DNA of 64,000 nt from the NCBI RefSeq assembly GCF_006345805.1, contig NC_043004.1:81902001-81966000 (forward strand), given 5' to 3'. Positions within the stretch are counted from its first letter, which is position 1. The number at the start of each line of letters is the position of its first letter. The position numbers were made by a program, and so were the translations under genes. The notes beneath the pieces were generated by a model. The model saw only the letters and a program-made list of their open reading frames with translations. It made no database searches and was not told where the DNA came from. The stretch comes from Octopus sinensis. Taxonomy: Eukaryota. Below, in pieces: positions 14,290 through 27,261 of the stretch.

Positions 14290-15570
14290 TTTACATACCT
14301 CCTTCATCAGCTGCCCCACTGATATCATTATGGTTTCGACACCTGGGCAGTACCATTCAATCCGGCGGTGTCAACAGCACTAAAATAAGTATTATTTTGG
14401 AACAAAGAAACATATCAAAGAAACCACAACTTTCAAGCATATATACCCTATGTACAACAGTATCTATAAACAAATTAATTAGTAAATCAGTAAACAACTC
14501 CTAAATATGTAACTAAACAGCGACCAAACCTTTAAATCATACATATATTCCCTACAGTCTTCCATAGTATAATAAAAGAGAAAGCTTAATAAACACATTC
14601 ATTCAATCTACATATAAGCAGGTTTAAACACAAACTCTTAAATTAAACTACAAAAAACATCTAAATCTATGTACAACTGTATCGTTATTAATAGTAAACC
14701 CACAATTACTAAATTATATAATAAATAGCGACCAATCTTTAAGTCCATACAAATAATAATCCCACAAGTCTTCCATAGTTACTACTATAATAACAGAAAG
14801 TGAAAACTTTATTTCAATTCTCTCCAAAACAAAACGATTGAATTTAATTTAACGAATAATATAGTAATTATGAATGAAATACATTATTTCATAATTAAAA
14901 ATTCATAATAAAAACACTACATACTCATTAATATATATTACCCTTACAAGCTTTAATGTAAACTTACCAGTAGCTAATAGAAACACAGAATTTAGTAAAT
15001 AGGAACTAATAAAAGTATACATGTAATTAACTATTTTTATGAAACCTTGCTACGATTAAAGCTAAATTAGAACTGTTTAAAAGATAATGAAACTACAATG
15101 TATTAACACTAACATGCTTTCCAAACCATATGTTTCCGTCACTTCTAGAACTTAAAAAATCATCTTAACTATAGATGACAAAGTACGAAATTACTACATC
15201 CTCAATTGTCACAAACAATATTGGTGATGCAGTAAGCAAATAACTTGAATCGTAAACATTCCAAAGTTTTACAAATATTTGCTAAGTTGAAGACTAGTGC
15301 TTATCCAAGGATGGAGGTGTAGGAAGGTAGTTAGCTTCAAGCAATCCGTAGTAAATATAAAAAAAATCTGGGACAATATAGTGGTTTATGGAGACGGAAG
15401 GTTGTGGATTTTTTCGTATCGAAGTACGACGAACTGAAAAGACTGAGAAAAGTTCTTTTTGTATTTCACGGTAGGCAACCAGGGTTGCCGAGTATGCGAA
15501 TAAGAATACAAGAGCTCTCCATTCCTTAACTCTTGATCCATTTTCGGATCACCAGTACTTTATTATCTCC
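14290..15570 (-). mobile_element. Possible highly decayed Penelope-like element (ORF end plus AT-rich 3' region)
   Basis: Minus frame LFVTIEDVVISYLSSIVKMIFKF weakly resembles the PLE F..KD.VP..LSS.VVYKF lead-in to GIY-YIG. A CTGATGA-agg core lies at 14304-14310, next to the SINE junction. Confidence 0.25.
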
Positions 15571-15599
15571 CCTTCTTTTTTCCCAATCAGTCGCCATGC

Positions 15600-15775
15600 T
15601 TGATCGCTAAATCCACAAGCTTTTTATTCTCTGTCTGTTTATTTCATCGTGTTAGAGAGCGTAGGATCGAAACTTAAAAGACTTTCTCACCTTCCCGAGC
15701 GTTAAACTAATACACCTGTTTGTTGTTCATACACCTGTCTTCGTCTTTTGCTTTTTTTTGTAAATTCTCACTATA
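15600..15775 (+). mobile_element. HHR-repeat family 2, decayed copy
   Basis: gagagcgtaggatcgaaacttaaaagactt..taaactaatacacctgtttgttg, ending in (TA)n. Matches the copies at 23.8, 40.2 and 51.5 kb. Confidence 0.7.
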
Positions 15776-16064
15776 TATATATATGTATATACCACGAGCT
15801 TCTTTCAGTTTCCGTCGATTAAATCCACTCACAAGGCTTTGGTCGGCCTGAGGCTATAGTAAAAGTCTTTTACCCAAGTTTCCACGCCCTGGGACTGAAT
15901 CCCGAACCATATGGTTGGGAAGCAAGCTTCTTACCACACATCCACTCTTGTGCATGTGAAATGCTTACAGCACCTAGATTTCTCAAGTGCTCACCCAACT
16001 AAGTTCTAGCTAACAAAATTTCGGACCTTGTGCTTAGATTAGAAAAGAATATTTACGTGCTTTA

Positions 16065-16282
16065 ACCCGGCGACGTGGCATAAACGTTAGCACGCCGGGC
16101 GAAATGCTTAGCGGTATTTCGTCTGTTTTTACATTCTGAGTTCAAATTCCGCCGAGGTCGACTTTGCCTTTCTTCCTTTCGGGGTCGATAAATTAAGTAT
16201 CTGTTGCGCACTGGGGCCAATCTAATCGACTGGATCCTTCCCACAAAATTTCGGGCCTTGTTCCTTGAGTAGAAAAGATTAT
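16065..16282 (+). mobile_element. SINE family B (alternative tail)
   Basis: Family B head and body, then the tail aatttcgggccttgttccttgagtagaaaag. Confidence 0.85.
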
Positions 16283-16924
16283 TTGTGATAAGATACTAGT
16301 CATTAGTTTATCCCTTGAGTAGACTACAGACTTTTAACCGAATGCTCTGTAAACCTTATGTTGCTTGTTGTTGTGCTGATAGCAAAAACACCAATATGGT
16401 ATTGGCGGCTTTTCTTCAAGTATTTGTCTATGAGGACACAGCTCTATGCTTTGGAAACTGCATATCGGCTCCCTTCAGTGAGCGTTTCTTTGCCCCATTT
16501 TTGCTTTGTGGTTCATGAGAGCACTACACTCATTTGACTCTATTTAAAATCATATTAATGCTATTTTGGTCGAACAGAAGGTGGAATTTATGACCGTTTC
16601 TACGGAATATGGAAACGAAGTCATTTGGAATACCGTTTTTGTCATGTAGTGGACTATACTTTGGAATATTTCATTTTTGAGTGCTTTTAAAGCTGTTGCT
16701 AAATGGTGGGGCCATGTATTTTATTCTTTCTTAGCATTGGTTAAGTGTATCTTTATGTAGTAATTAACTGCTATATTTCATCGGAAGATGAGCCACTTAT
16801 TTTATTGCTTATATTTATTGATACATGCTCGGTGATTTCGGTCAGTAACTGGATTGGGTGTTTGTGTACAATGACGTAATAGTAGGCTCCTTATTTCAAG
16901 TTTAGTTTGCGACTTTCAAAATTC

Positions 16925-17352
16925 GGATCTTTTCTGTTTGAACGGCAGTTTTTCCTAGCGGTGTCATATGAAATTGTCACCCATAATTATGACCCTAGTA
17001 TCGATCTATTGCATTTCAATCTGTTTTAGAGTTAGTTAGGGTTAGGTTAGGGTTAGGGGTGGGGGGAAGGGTATCTTTTTTTCTTCAGAAATGTAAATAA
17101 ACCTGTTTCTTAAACGAGGGACATATTCATAGGCACAGAATGTTTTTTTTTACCTCAATAGACGCCATTGATTGGTTGAAATTGCAGAAATTGAAGAAAA
17201 AAACAACAAATATCTTACAAGCTATAGAATATTCTCAATAAATCCAAGAGAAAAAGATGTTTTATAAACACATTCTACCAATATACGAAATTTAAAATTT
17301 TTTAGTTACCTAGAAATTATGTTAAAAACTGCCGTTCAAACCGAAAAGATCC
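16925..17352. mobile_element. MITE with GG-terminal TIRs and 8-bp TSD (Merlin-like)
   Basis: TIRs ggatcttttctgtttgaacggcagtttt / aaaactgccgttcaaaccgaaaagatcc. TSD CAAAATTC on both sides; internal ttaggg repeats. Confidence 0.85.
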
Positions 17353-17871
17353 CAAAATTCTTACCATTGTAAGGTTTACATAACATGCTGGACAAATCTT
17401 AGGAATATCTTAAGGCTATCAGCTACGAATGTCTTTGCAGTGGACAAATCATGAATTCCCAATCCCCGAAACAGCTCATGTTCATATTTATGTATCTGAG
17501 CAAGAATAAGTATTTCTGTTCGAATAATTCAACACCATCAAAGCTATCTGTAATAGCTTCATAATCCACCGCCTCGGACATTTTACCACTGTAAGCAATT
17601 CCTTTGTATGTCTCCTTGGCATGTATAATAATAGGCAGGTCATTTTATGAGATAGTAATGAATCTGTTGCGAAATGAGAGGTCTTCAGAAATGGCTTCTT
17701 GTAAGGATAAGAAACAACTTAGAATTGGATATTTTTGAATCACTTGATGAGTGCCGTTGTGATATTCCATAGATACAACATATTTTGATAGCTCTGTATC
17801 AGTGTTTATCTCATTTAAGGCCGTTTCTCTTACATCAACGTTACATTTGGCAGGATTAAATAAAGTTTTAC

Positions 17872-18290
17872 TCTTACTCTTTACTCTTTTACTTGTTTCA
17901 GTCATTTGACTGCAGCCATGCTGGAGCACCGCCTTTAATCGAGCAAATCGACCCCGGGACTTATTCATTGTAAGCCCAGTACTTATTCTATCGGTCTTTT
18001 GCCGAACCGCTAAGTTACGGGGACGTAAACACACCAGCATCGGTTGTCAAGCAATGCTAAGGGGACAAACACAGATACACAAACACACACACACACACAC
18101 ATAGATATATATATACATATATACGACAGGCTTCTTTCAGTTTCCGTCTACCAAATCCACTCACAAGGCATTGGTCGGCCCGGGCCTATAGCAGAAGACA
18201 CTTGCCCAAGATGCCACGCAGTGGGACTGAACCCGGAACCATTTGGTTGGTTAGCAAGCTACTTACCACACAGCCACTCCTGCGCCTATA
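17872..18290 (-). mobile_element. SINE family A, full length
   Basis: Complete head, internal microsatellite and (aaagagt)n tail. Confidence 0.9.
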
Positions 18291-18670
18291 ATATTTGTTA
18301 ATATTTTTTTCTTCCTTCTGTCAGATTAACGCTATCCTTCGTCGGCAAGGTATTTACATTTGTCATAAATGCTACACTGTACTATGCTTCATAGCTGCTA
18401 TTTTTCTTTGCGTTGGTTTCATTTATGAGCAGATCAAAACGCTGCGACCACTGCCATGCAGAAAAACTTTACATCTGTACCACCTTACGCTAATCTTAAA
18501 TAAAAATAATGAACTGATTTCAGCGTAGCGACTCATGCACAATTTTTTTTTGAGAAATTCAAAACAGCCCCCTCTCTTTACTTCATCACAGATATCCAAT
18601 GACACACACTGCTTGCATTGTCTGGAGTCATTGCATTCATTTTCTTTCCGACCAGTGAGGTATATGTATG

Positions 18671-18721
<51 letters not shown>

Positions 18722-19084
18722 ATATATATATATATATATGGTGAGTACAAAACCAAGGTGTATAATCCCCGTTTAGCCATGGGGTTCCCAATTTCTAGGT
18801 GTATGATCTGGCCAATGAATATAAAGATCTCAAAAGTGTCAATATTTCATCAAAAACAAAGTGTCTGACAAGATACATTTCACCCGGAATCTCTGTGTGA
18901 GACAAGGTGTGTTTTGTCGGATTCATCTTTCTTTCATGAAACACAGACACACACATTTGGTTTACAGTTATATTTACTCGTATAGAGCCCTCTTTGGGAT
19001 TATGGTGTTCTATTTCAATGGAGACTTCTATATCTTTGTTACAAATATTTGGCTACCTCTCTCCTCTCCCTCTCTACCTACATG

Positions 19085-19086
<2 letters not shown>

Positions 19087-19165
<79 letters not shown>

Positions 19166-19204
19166 ACTATCTATCTATCTATCTATCTACATCTATCTTC
19201 TCTA

Positions 19205-19268
<64 letters not shown>

Positions 19269-19300
19269 ATCTATCTATATATCTATCTATTATATATCTG

Positions 19301-19333
<33 letters not shown>

Positions 19334-19338
19334 AATCA

Positions 19339-19386
<48 letters not shown>

Positions 19387-19415
19387 GTCTATCTATCTGT
19401 CTGTCTATCTATCTA

Positions 19416-19493
<78 letters not shown>

Positions 19494-19502
19494 AATCAAT
19501 CA

Positions 19503-19552
<50 letters not shown>

Positions 19553-19559
19553 TTATCTT

Positions 19560-19591
<32 letters not shown>
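19087..19591. repeat. About 500-bp (CTAT)n/(GATA)n array with CTGT variants
   Basis: Direct inspection. Confidence 0.95.
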
Positions 19592-20746
19592 TATGTTTTA
19601 AACAGAATATAATATACTTCTAAATAGACATAGAAAGGTTTATAAACATACGCATCGGTCAAGTTATTTCGTCAGCAGAGAAGAGTACAACCGAACTTGT
19701 CAGTCAGGGAATGGATTATCTCAGATATAAAAACAGTTACGAATATTTTTGGCCAAGTATAATTTCCATAATGAGAAAAAAAAAAAGTGAAAAGAGCCAA
19801 GGGAGATAATTCAAAAGCGTCAGTGACATGAATTTCGATAATTAAGTTAAAGAGCGACGAACTGTTTTCTGCACACCATAAATTCTTAATTTATTAAATT
19901 TACTCTCTAGAGTTGGAGATAGAAAGCAAAATAATATATATACATACATACATACATACATATATACATACACACGCATACAGATATATATATATATATA
20001 TGTATGTATATATGTATATATATTATATGTATATATATATATATATATAGATATATATATATATTATATATATATATATATATACATACATACATAAATA
20101 CACGTACACATGAATACATACATGCTCGCACACGCATAAGTATACGCATAAGTAAATATATGTATGTATGTATGTGTCAGTAAGTACTTTGTATTGTGTC
20201 TCCGACTCTAAGTTTGATAAATTATGAATTTATAGCTCGCGGTATTCAGTACACCGCTCTATATGTACAAACATACAGAAATACACAGACGCGCGTACAC
20301 ACACACACACACACACACACAGAGACACACACGTAACTATACACACACACGCACATGTAACTATACACACACACAAACACACAAACACACACACACATAC
20401 AGATATATATTCGCGTGCTTGTACGCTATTTATAAATATGTGTGAGTATGTATGTATGTATGTTCGGTTGACGAATAGAAAATTGAGAATAGAGGATACA
20501 GTAAAAATATATTTCTATAGATAATTACATACCAGCAGTGTTTATCTCCAAAGTCGACCGCTAAAAAAATTGCTATATTCTTCAATCGATGAAATTCTAG
20601 TTGCTTGCTATAAAGATATTTGCTATTTACATTTGATATATCGGTAATATTAATTTGTGTGCATTGTTTCCATTTCATAATTTTTCAATATCTTTATTTC
20701 CCCCCACCATATATATATATATAATTATATATATATATATATATAT

Positions 20747-20781
<35 letters not shown>

Positions 20782-20812
20782 CATACATACATATATACAT
20801 GCATACATACAT

Positions 20813-20852
<40 letters not shown>

Positions 20853-20874
20853 ATATATATATATATATATATGT

Positions 20875-21075
20875 CAAATGTGACCGCGTTGGCGATTTTT
20901 TCCTCCGTCTTCCCTTCCTTGGATCTTTCCTTTTCCTATGTTTCTGACGAAGAGCTCCGCTTGAAACGTTAAATCCTCCTTCTTTCTTTCCTTTCCTGAG
21001 CGTCCAATAACACTATACTTGTTCCACGCCCTCGCGTTCCTGTGTTTTCTCTTTGTGTTTTCATGTTTAAATTAA
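20875..21075 (+). mobile_element. HHR-repeat family 1 copy flanked by (TA)n
   Basis: Homologous to 35905-36125 and the 36.7 and 37.25 kb copies. Confidence 0.8.
20940..20974 (+). ncRNA. Type-I minimal hammerhead motif
   Basis: GTTT-CTGACGA-a-GAGC tcc GCTT-GAAA-C-G-TT-AAAT. Canonical core, triplet GUU. Confidence 0.7.
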
Positions 21076-21109
21076 CTATATATACATACATACATATATA
21101 ATATATATA

Positions 21110-21498
21110 TCTTTTACTTGTTTCAGTCATTTGACTGCGACCATGCTGCAGCACCGCCTTTAGACGAAGAAATCGACTCCAGGACTTATTCTATCGGTTT
21201 TTCCGCCGAACCGCTAAGTTATGGAGACGTAAACACACGAGCATCGGTTGTCAAGCGATGTTGGGGACAAACACAGACACACAGACACACACACACACAC
21301 ACACACACCACACACACACACACACAAATACACACACACACAAATATATATATAGACATAGATAGAACTGGCTTCTTTTAGTTTCCGTTTACCAAATCCA
21401 CTCACAAGGCTTTGGTCGGCCCGAGGTTATAGTAAACTGAACCCGGAACCATGTGGTTGGTAAGCAAGCTACTTACCATACAGACACTCCTGCGCCTA
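21110..21498 (-). mobile_element. SINE family A (with deletions)
   Basis: Family A match. Confidence 0.85.
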
Positions 21499-21725
21499 TT
21501 ATATATATATATTTGTGCGTGTGTGTGTGTGTCTCTTACTATATATACTTGTGTTAAAATCACTGCGTATATTAAAGCGAGGTGAGTGAACGCAATTGAA
21601 ATAGTATTAAATTAAAATCGACATTTGCGAGTGATATCAAATGTAGATACTCCGTTCGAAGGTAAGATTCTGAGATTTTTGTCTGAGAGAAAATCTTTTC
21701 ATAGGCATGTTATGACAGAGCATAG

Positions 21726-22260
21726 AGCGAGGTCTGATCAATGAGTCTCCGGGCTGTTGCCATACTAACGAAGATAAAGCATGCAGAACAAAGCCGCTTG
21801 GCAAAGGTTGACTTTGAACATTGCTCTGCATGCACACTAAGCTCACTTCCGCTGTTTACAGCAATGCATGGAAGGAAGGTGTGTAGCGTGTGATCGTCAC
21901 ATTGACCATGGCAGAGAACATTGTCACGGTGATACCTGGTCAGAGGCTGTGCATGGTTGCAGAAAATGTATGAAGGGGAGTGTATGGGCCGCATACTAGT
22001 GTATGAGTGGTTCTGGCGTTTTCAAGATGGCCGGAAAAATGTCAATATTGACGAACGTTCTGGGAGACCCGCAACTAGCAAAACTGAGAAAAACAGATGT
22101 ACGTGCAGCTGTGAGGGGAAATAGTCGAATCACCATCCGTGAGTTATCAGTGGATGTGCAAATTAGTTAAAGGTCAGTTCAGTCCATTATCACTGAAGAT
22201 TTGGGTATTAGACGCATGTCTGCCAAGTTTGTAATAAAACTGCTTTCAGTTGACAAAAAC
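21726..22260 (+). mobile_element. Mariner remnant, 5' end and N-terminal HTH region
   Basis: Translates to VYEWFWRFQDGRKNVNIDERSGRPATS..RITIRELSVDVQIS*RSVQSIITEDLGIRRMSAKFV. TIR-like cgaggtctgatcaatgagtctccgg at the start. Confidence 0.8.
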
Positions 22261-22289
22261 AACAACAAAAAAACACTCGGGTTTCAGTC

Positions 22290-22580
22290 GCACAACATCG
22301 TCTTGATTTTGTTGAGAACAATGAAAACTTTTTTAAAACTTTGCTTTTGGCAAAATTTGATGCAGATTCTCTTCTCAGCTGTCTCTTTCATGGTCATTGT
22401 GACGATCACAAGCTACATGCCTTCTTTCCAAGCACTGCTGTAAACAGCGGAAATAAGCCAGAATGTTAAAACTTGGTGCACATGCACAGTAGAGTTTAAA
22501 GTCAATCTGTGCCAAGCGGCTTCACGCTGTGCTTTAGTTTCGTTACTATGACAATAGTCCGGATACTTATTGATCAAGAC
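22290..22580 (-). mobile_element. Second, diverged mariner 5' end in opposite orientation
   Basis: Reverse complement aligns to 21730-21900 (gatcaataagtatccggact..gaagccgcttggc..ccgctgtttacagc..gatcgtcac). Confidence 0.7.
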
Positions 22581-23809
22581 ACTGTTAAGAATGACAGTCG
22601 CATTTAGAATGATCGACACATTTCGGCCATTTTGTCCCTTGTCAATGTCGTGCATTCATTTCTCGTCTGTTAAAGCGAATTTGGTGCTTCAATGTATATG
22701 AAAAACAGTAAGTAATATATTCCCTGTCATTGCGGAAAAAGCTTGCTGGGGTTGTAAAACAAATCTGTGAACGCAATCTAAATAACATTATATTGAAATT
22801 GCCATAATAGATGTTTATATACACTGTTAAAAGACATGAAGCTGTGAAATTTTCTCAGATAAAATAATCTTCGTAGATTTGCTGTGTTAAAACATAGTAT
22901 ATATATCAGATGGAGATGAACATCGCCGCAGTAATAACTCATGAGAATGAGAAATTTTTTGCCTTAATTTAGGGTTTTCAATGACGTGTACTTGCTTGTC
23001 ACTTGCTAAGACGAAATTCGTGAATAACACATTCACTGGTATCGGGTAAAGATTGTTGAGCGGTAACAAAACTCTGTGAACGCAATTGAAACAGCATTAA
23101 ATTAAAATCGCCGTCTCTGTATCATACAAATGTTATACACACTGTTAAGAGGCACGATTCTGTGATTTTTGCCTGAGATAAATTCTTTTCGAAGATATAT
23201 TGTGTAAATATCGGAGCGAGGCGAACATTGCCGCTGCAGTGACTCGTGTGAATGACACACCTATCACGTCATAGGATCGAACGCAGACCTACGTCAACTT
23301 CTTAGCGATACGGTCATGCAAGGACCAGATTTATAAATGTCTGAAAGTAGTCAGTGAAAGGTGGGTGAATGTAAGTGGTGGGTTTAAAATGCGTAATTAA
23401 TGATGCGTAATTACCAGTGTCTAATTAAAAGTGTGCAGATTGTGTAATTGAAGATATATTAATTAGCGATGTATGAACAGAGCACAATAAGAAATACTAA
23501 TTTAGTAATAAGCAATTAGAATTGCGTGTATATAGGAATATGAAGTTTGCGTTGTACAAATAAGGGAAATATAATTAAAAAATATGTTAGATGCACGAAT
23601 ATGCAATTTGTAGAATGTACGTACGTCAACTTAAGAATATTCGAGCGTGAAGTACACACACACACGCGTGTTTCATTTGTAGTGATATATAAACCATGAA
23701 AACATTAACGAGAAAGGCACGTGATATATACATTCATACGTACATACACGTATACATACATATGCAATACACACACACGCACCACGCACATACTCACACA
23801 CGATTGACC

Positions 23810-23974
23810 GCTAACTCCACAAGTCTTTTTATTCTCTCTCTGCTTATTTCCACGTGTTCCTTTCTGTTGAAGAGCGTAGGCTCGAAACATAAAAGACTTT
23901 TTCACTTTTCCGAGGATTAAACTAATACGCCTGTTTGTTGTTCGTCTTTTGTTTTTCTGTAAATTTCAACTATA

Positions 23975-23975
<1 letters not shown>
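23810..23975 (+). mobile_element. HHR-repeat family 2 copy with motif at 23860-23895
   Basis: CTTT-CTGTTGA-a-GAGC gtag GCTC-GAAA-C-A-TA-AAAG; ends in (TA)n. Confidence 0.75.
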
Positions 23976-24067
<92 letters not shown>

Positions 24068-24424
24068 CAAAAAGGATGAAGCCTTTTTCTCTACAGAAAA
24101 AAACTCCATCAGGAATTGTGGCAGTATATTAATCTACTTGCTACAGAATGCTGAACTGAGGTACTTGTGTTATTCGCTTCGGCTGTTTCCAGAGGCGCAT
24201 GTGAGTATCTTACTTATATTCTCTCGTAAGCTCAACTGAAGACGAACGAACCCTTATGTGGTTAATTCAATATTGAGAAATTGATTCAATATTGAGATAA
24301 CGAAATTTAAATGTTCCAAAGGTTTAGTTGCCCGAATTTCAGTTCAACTTTCTGTAGCAAGTAGATTAAATGTGGAATATCAGTATATTGGCTTTAGAAT
24401 AACCTTCTTTAGCCCTTGCTTATA

Positions 24425-24495
<71 letters not shown>

Positions 24496-24500
<5 letters not shown>

Positions 24501-24789
24501 ATGAATATGGTACTTAAGTTAGATGCACCAGAATTTTGTATGGTGTTATCCATATAAATCCATGGGGTGATTATAATCAAAATAAGCAAGAATATCTTCG
24601 GTAATTTGGTACGATCGTTTCACGCTACATCATTTTATTAAATAATGTAAGTATTACAACAATTTTAAAATGTTGAGCAATCATCAGCCATTCATAGAGG
24701 TTTTCCATTAATACATAATTTTCATATTAGTTAATAACATTATAGAGAAGTAGATATATAGACAAAGATGTCGATTTGAATTTTAAGAA

Positions 24790-24795
<6 letters not shown>
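24496..24795 (-). mobile_element. HHR-repeat family 3 copy between (TA)n tracts; motif at 24607-24690
   Basis: Minus strand TGG-CTGATGA-[long helix II, decayed]-GAAA-C GATC G-TA-CCA. Homologous to 35.37-35.89 kb. Confidence 0.75.
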
Positions 24796-24876
<81 letters not shown>

Positions 24877-25029
24877 TAAAATAATTTTCATACATGTTTG
24901 AGTTAATCTATTTTCCGGCAGCGTCCTTTGTCTGTGTCTGTCGTCTCTCTCTTCATCCTCTCCTTCTCTCCCTCTCTCCCTCCTCATCTGTCTATACATA
25001 TATGCATATATCATATATGTGTGTATAAT

Positions 25030-25577
25030 AATAATAATGCTCAGGTGCACCACAACTTGTCAAAAGTGCGTATAAAGCATCTGCAGTAATGTACAAATGT
25101 CTGGAAAGTTAACAGTGTATAAGTCAGATACATGCTTGCGTGTGTATGGAGGGGAGAAAATCAGGTATAGTGTTGGCGAATCTCAGGAAACATGAAAGTT
25201 TTGAAGGATGCAGTGCTCCGACAACTAACAACTGATGCCGGCAGTTTGTTCCATGCTTCAGCAACCCTTATCGTGAAAAAATATTTCTGAAAGTCATGGG
25301 AGCTGTGCTGTTTTCTGACTTTGTAAACATGTCCATGGGTGTTAGACAGGTGGAGTTTGAAAAGGTGCTCAGAGTTATTGTTTGTAAGATGGTTAATAAT
25401 TTTATGGGTGTCTGCAATGTCAGCTGCCAGACGCCGGAGTTTCAATGTACCCATGCCCAGGGAAGTAAGGCGTTCAGAATATGGCAAATGCCTGATGGAG
25501 AGTATTCTCTTGGTTGCACGTCGCTGATCGGCTTCTAGACGATTAATATCCTGGGCAAAATAGGGGTTCCAGACCGG
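25030..25577 (-). mobile_element. CR1/L2-type LINE 3' fragment
   Basis: LEFASPVWNPYFAQDINRLEADQRRATKRI..LPYSERL..LKLRRL..FFTIRVAEAWNKLP is a typical CR1 ORF2 C-terminus. Short (att)n tail. Confidence 0.85.
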
Positions 25578-26729
25578 TGATGCAAATTCCAGTGTGTAGT
25601 ATATACATTCTTTTAATTTTTTTAAGTGTTTCAATATTTTACATATATACACTCATAAACAGGTCCACTCATATTTCATTTGACCTTCTAGAAAGAAATT
25701 TTAAATCGTCAAAAACAAACAAAAAAAAAGAACGTAATATATTTGTTATGTGCAACCAAACCAGAATGAGATTAAAATAGACATCTATGTATCATACTTA
25801 ACGCAAATACTTCGCGAAAAGCCAAATTTACTGCGGGTTTTTTTCCGGAGATTATATTTCCCACCGACACACTGTATTAGATAAAACAATACTGATTTGA
25901 TATTGCGTTTATAGATTTCGGATGTAAAACTGCCAAAGTCGAACTGTGTAGAAGACCCGAACTGGGGCTAAGGAGGACAACTCGGTCGTCCGTGTAGTAT
26001 GTGCAAGAGTACAATATCAAACTGAGCAAAGCAAACTGCACAACATGACCAGAGTGCAACATTGCAACATTGCAAATAAGTATTGCGTGTTGAATGTAGA
26101 ATGTGGACTACAACTAGACAAGAGGAATAGCATCACTAGATCTTTTGATCTGAAGGTTTACCAAATTATTCGGTCGTCTTTGAGGCAAATGTCTGCTTGT
26201 TGAGGATTGTACAAGGTTACAGACGAGGAGCAAGAACTTAGGTGTATCAATGAAATGGAATGGTAGCAATACTTTCAGTTGCATTACTTTGTTTCTTGAG
26301 ATAAATTCTTAAAGAAAAGCAATATAAATTTCAAATGCATACCCAGAGGATACGTTTTTCTCCCCTTTAAATCGACCTTGTTTATGCGAACTTAATTTCA
26401 CATTTCCAACAAAATGAAAACAAGAACAAAAAAAAAACAAGATTAAAATAAAATAAAAATCTAACAACAACACATGAAGCCAAACAAATATTAAAAATAA
26501 CACAAATGAAAATAATTAATAAAAAAATTATTCTGAAAGCTAAATCAACTCCATTTCTGTATTTTAGTGATGTTATTTTTTCATAAAAAATTGAGAACAT
26601 TAAATGTTTTAACAACCAACATGGTAAAAAAATTACTTCGGAAGTGGTTTTGCTCTGAGCATGTATCTGTATTTGGCTTGAGAAATTACACCCACGATTT
26701 TAGAATGAAAAACAAAGTAATTTGTGAAC

Positions 26730-27050
26730 CTAGTTTAAGGATGTTGAACGAACCACCAATGTATCCTAAAGGTGAATTATTCAAACCTCTAAGAATTCCT
26801 TTCAACACATGGCTATAATGCTCCTCCACTACTTCTGCTCGTGATCAAAGATGCACATATCGTCAGCCACTAGGGAACATGCTCAACTGGTTAAGGTCAA
26901 ACAACTGACAATCAAATCTGTGGTATTGAGCAGAATATTTGCTGTAGCCTATCTTTTATACCAAGACAAACCAATGTACATGTTAACACTTCCAATCAGT
27001 TAAGATCAGAAGCCATGAGAGCCACTGCCTGGTACTGCATCAGGGCATTT
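26730..27050 (-). mobile_element. Non-coding repeat family E, starting at an (AAT)n tract (partial)
   Basis: Reverse complement of 31400-31720; another partial copy at 52770-53010. Confidence 0.75.
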
Positions 27051-27066
27051 ATTATTATTATTATTA

Positions 27067-27151
<85 letters not shown>

Positions 27152-27155
27152 CATT

Positions 27156-27202
<47 letters not shown>

Positions 27203-27212
27203 TATTATTGTT

Positions 27213-27256
<44 letters not shown>

Positions 27257-27261
27257 TATTA

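Noticed and set aside
14290-15290. Possible mitochondrial insertion (strand-biased, AT-rich)
   Set aside because: I could not recognise any mitochondrial protein, rRNA or tRNA motif.
17030-17070. Interstitial telomere or chromosome fusion scar
   Set aside because: The TTAGGG units are internal to a MITE present in three copies.
17360-17870. Old LINE fragment on the minus strand (LFNPAKC)
   Set aside because: A single short motif and many stops; not enough to call.
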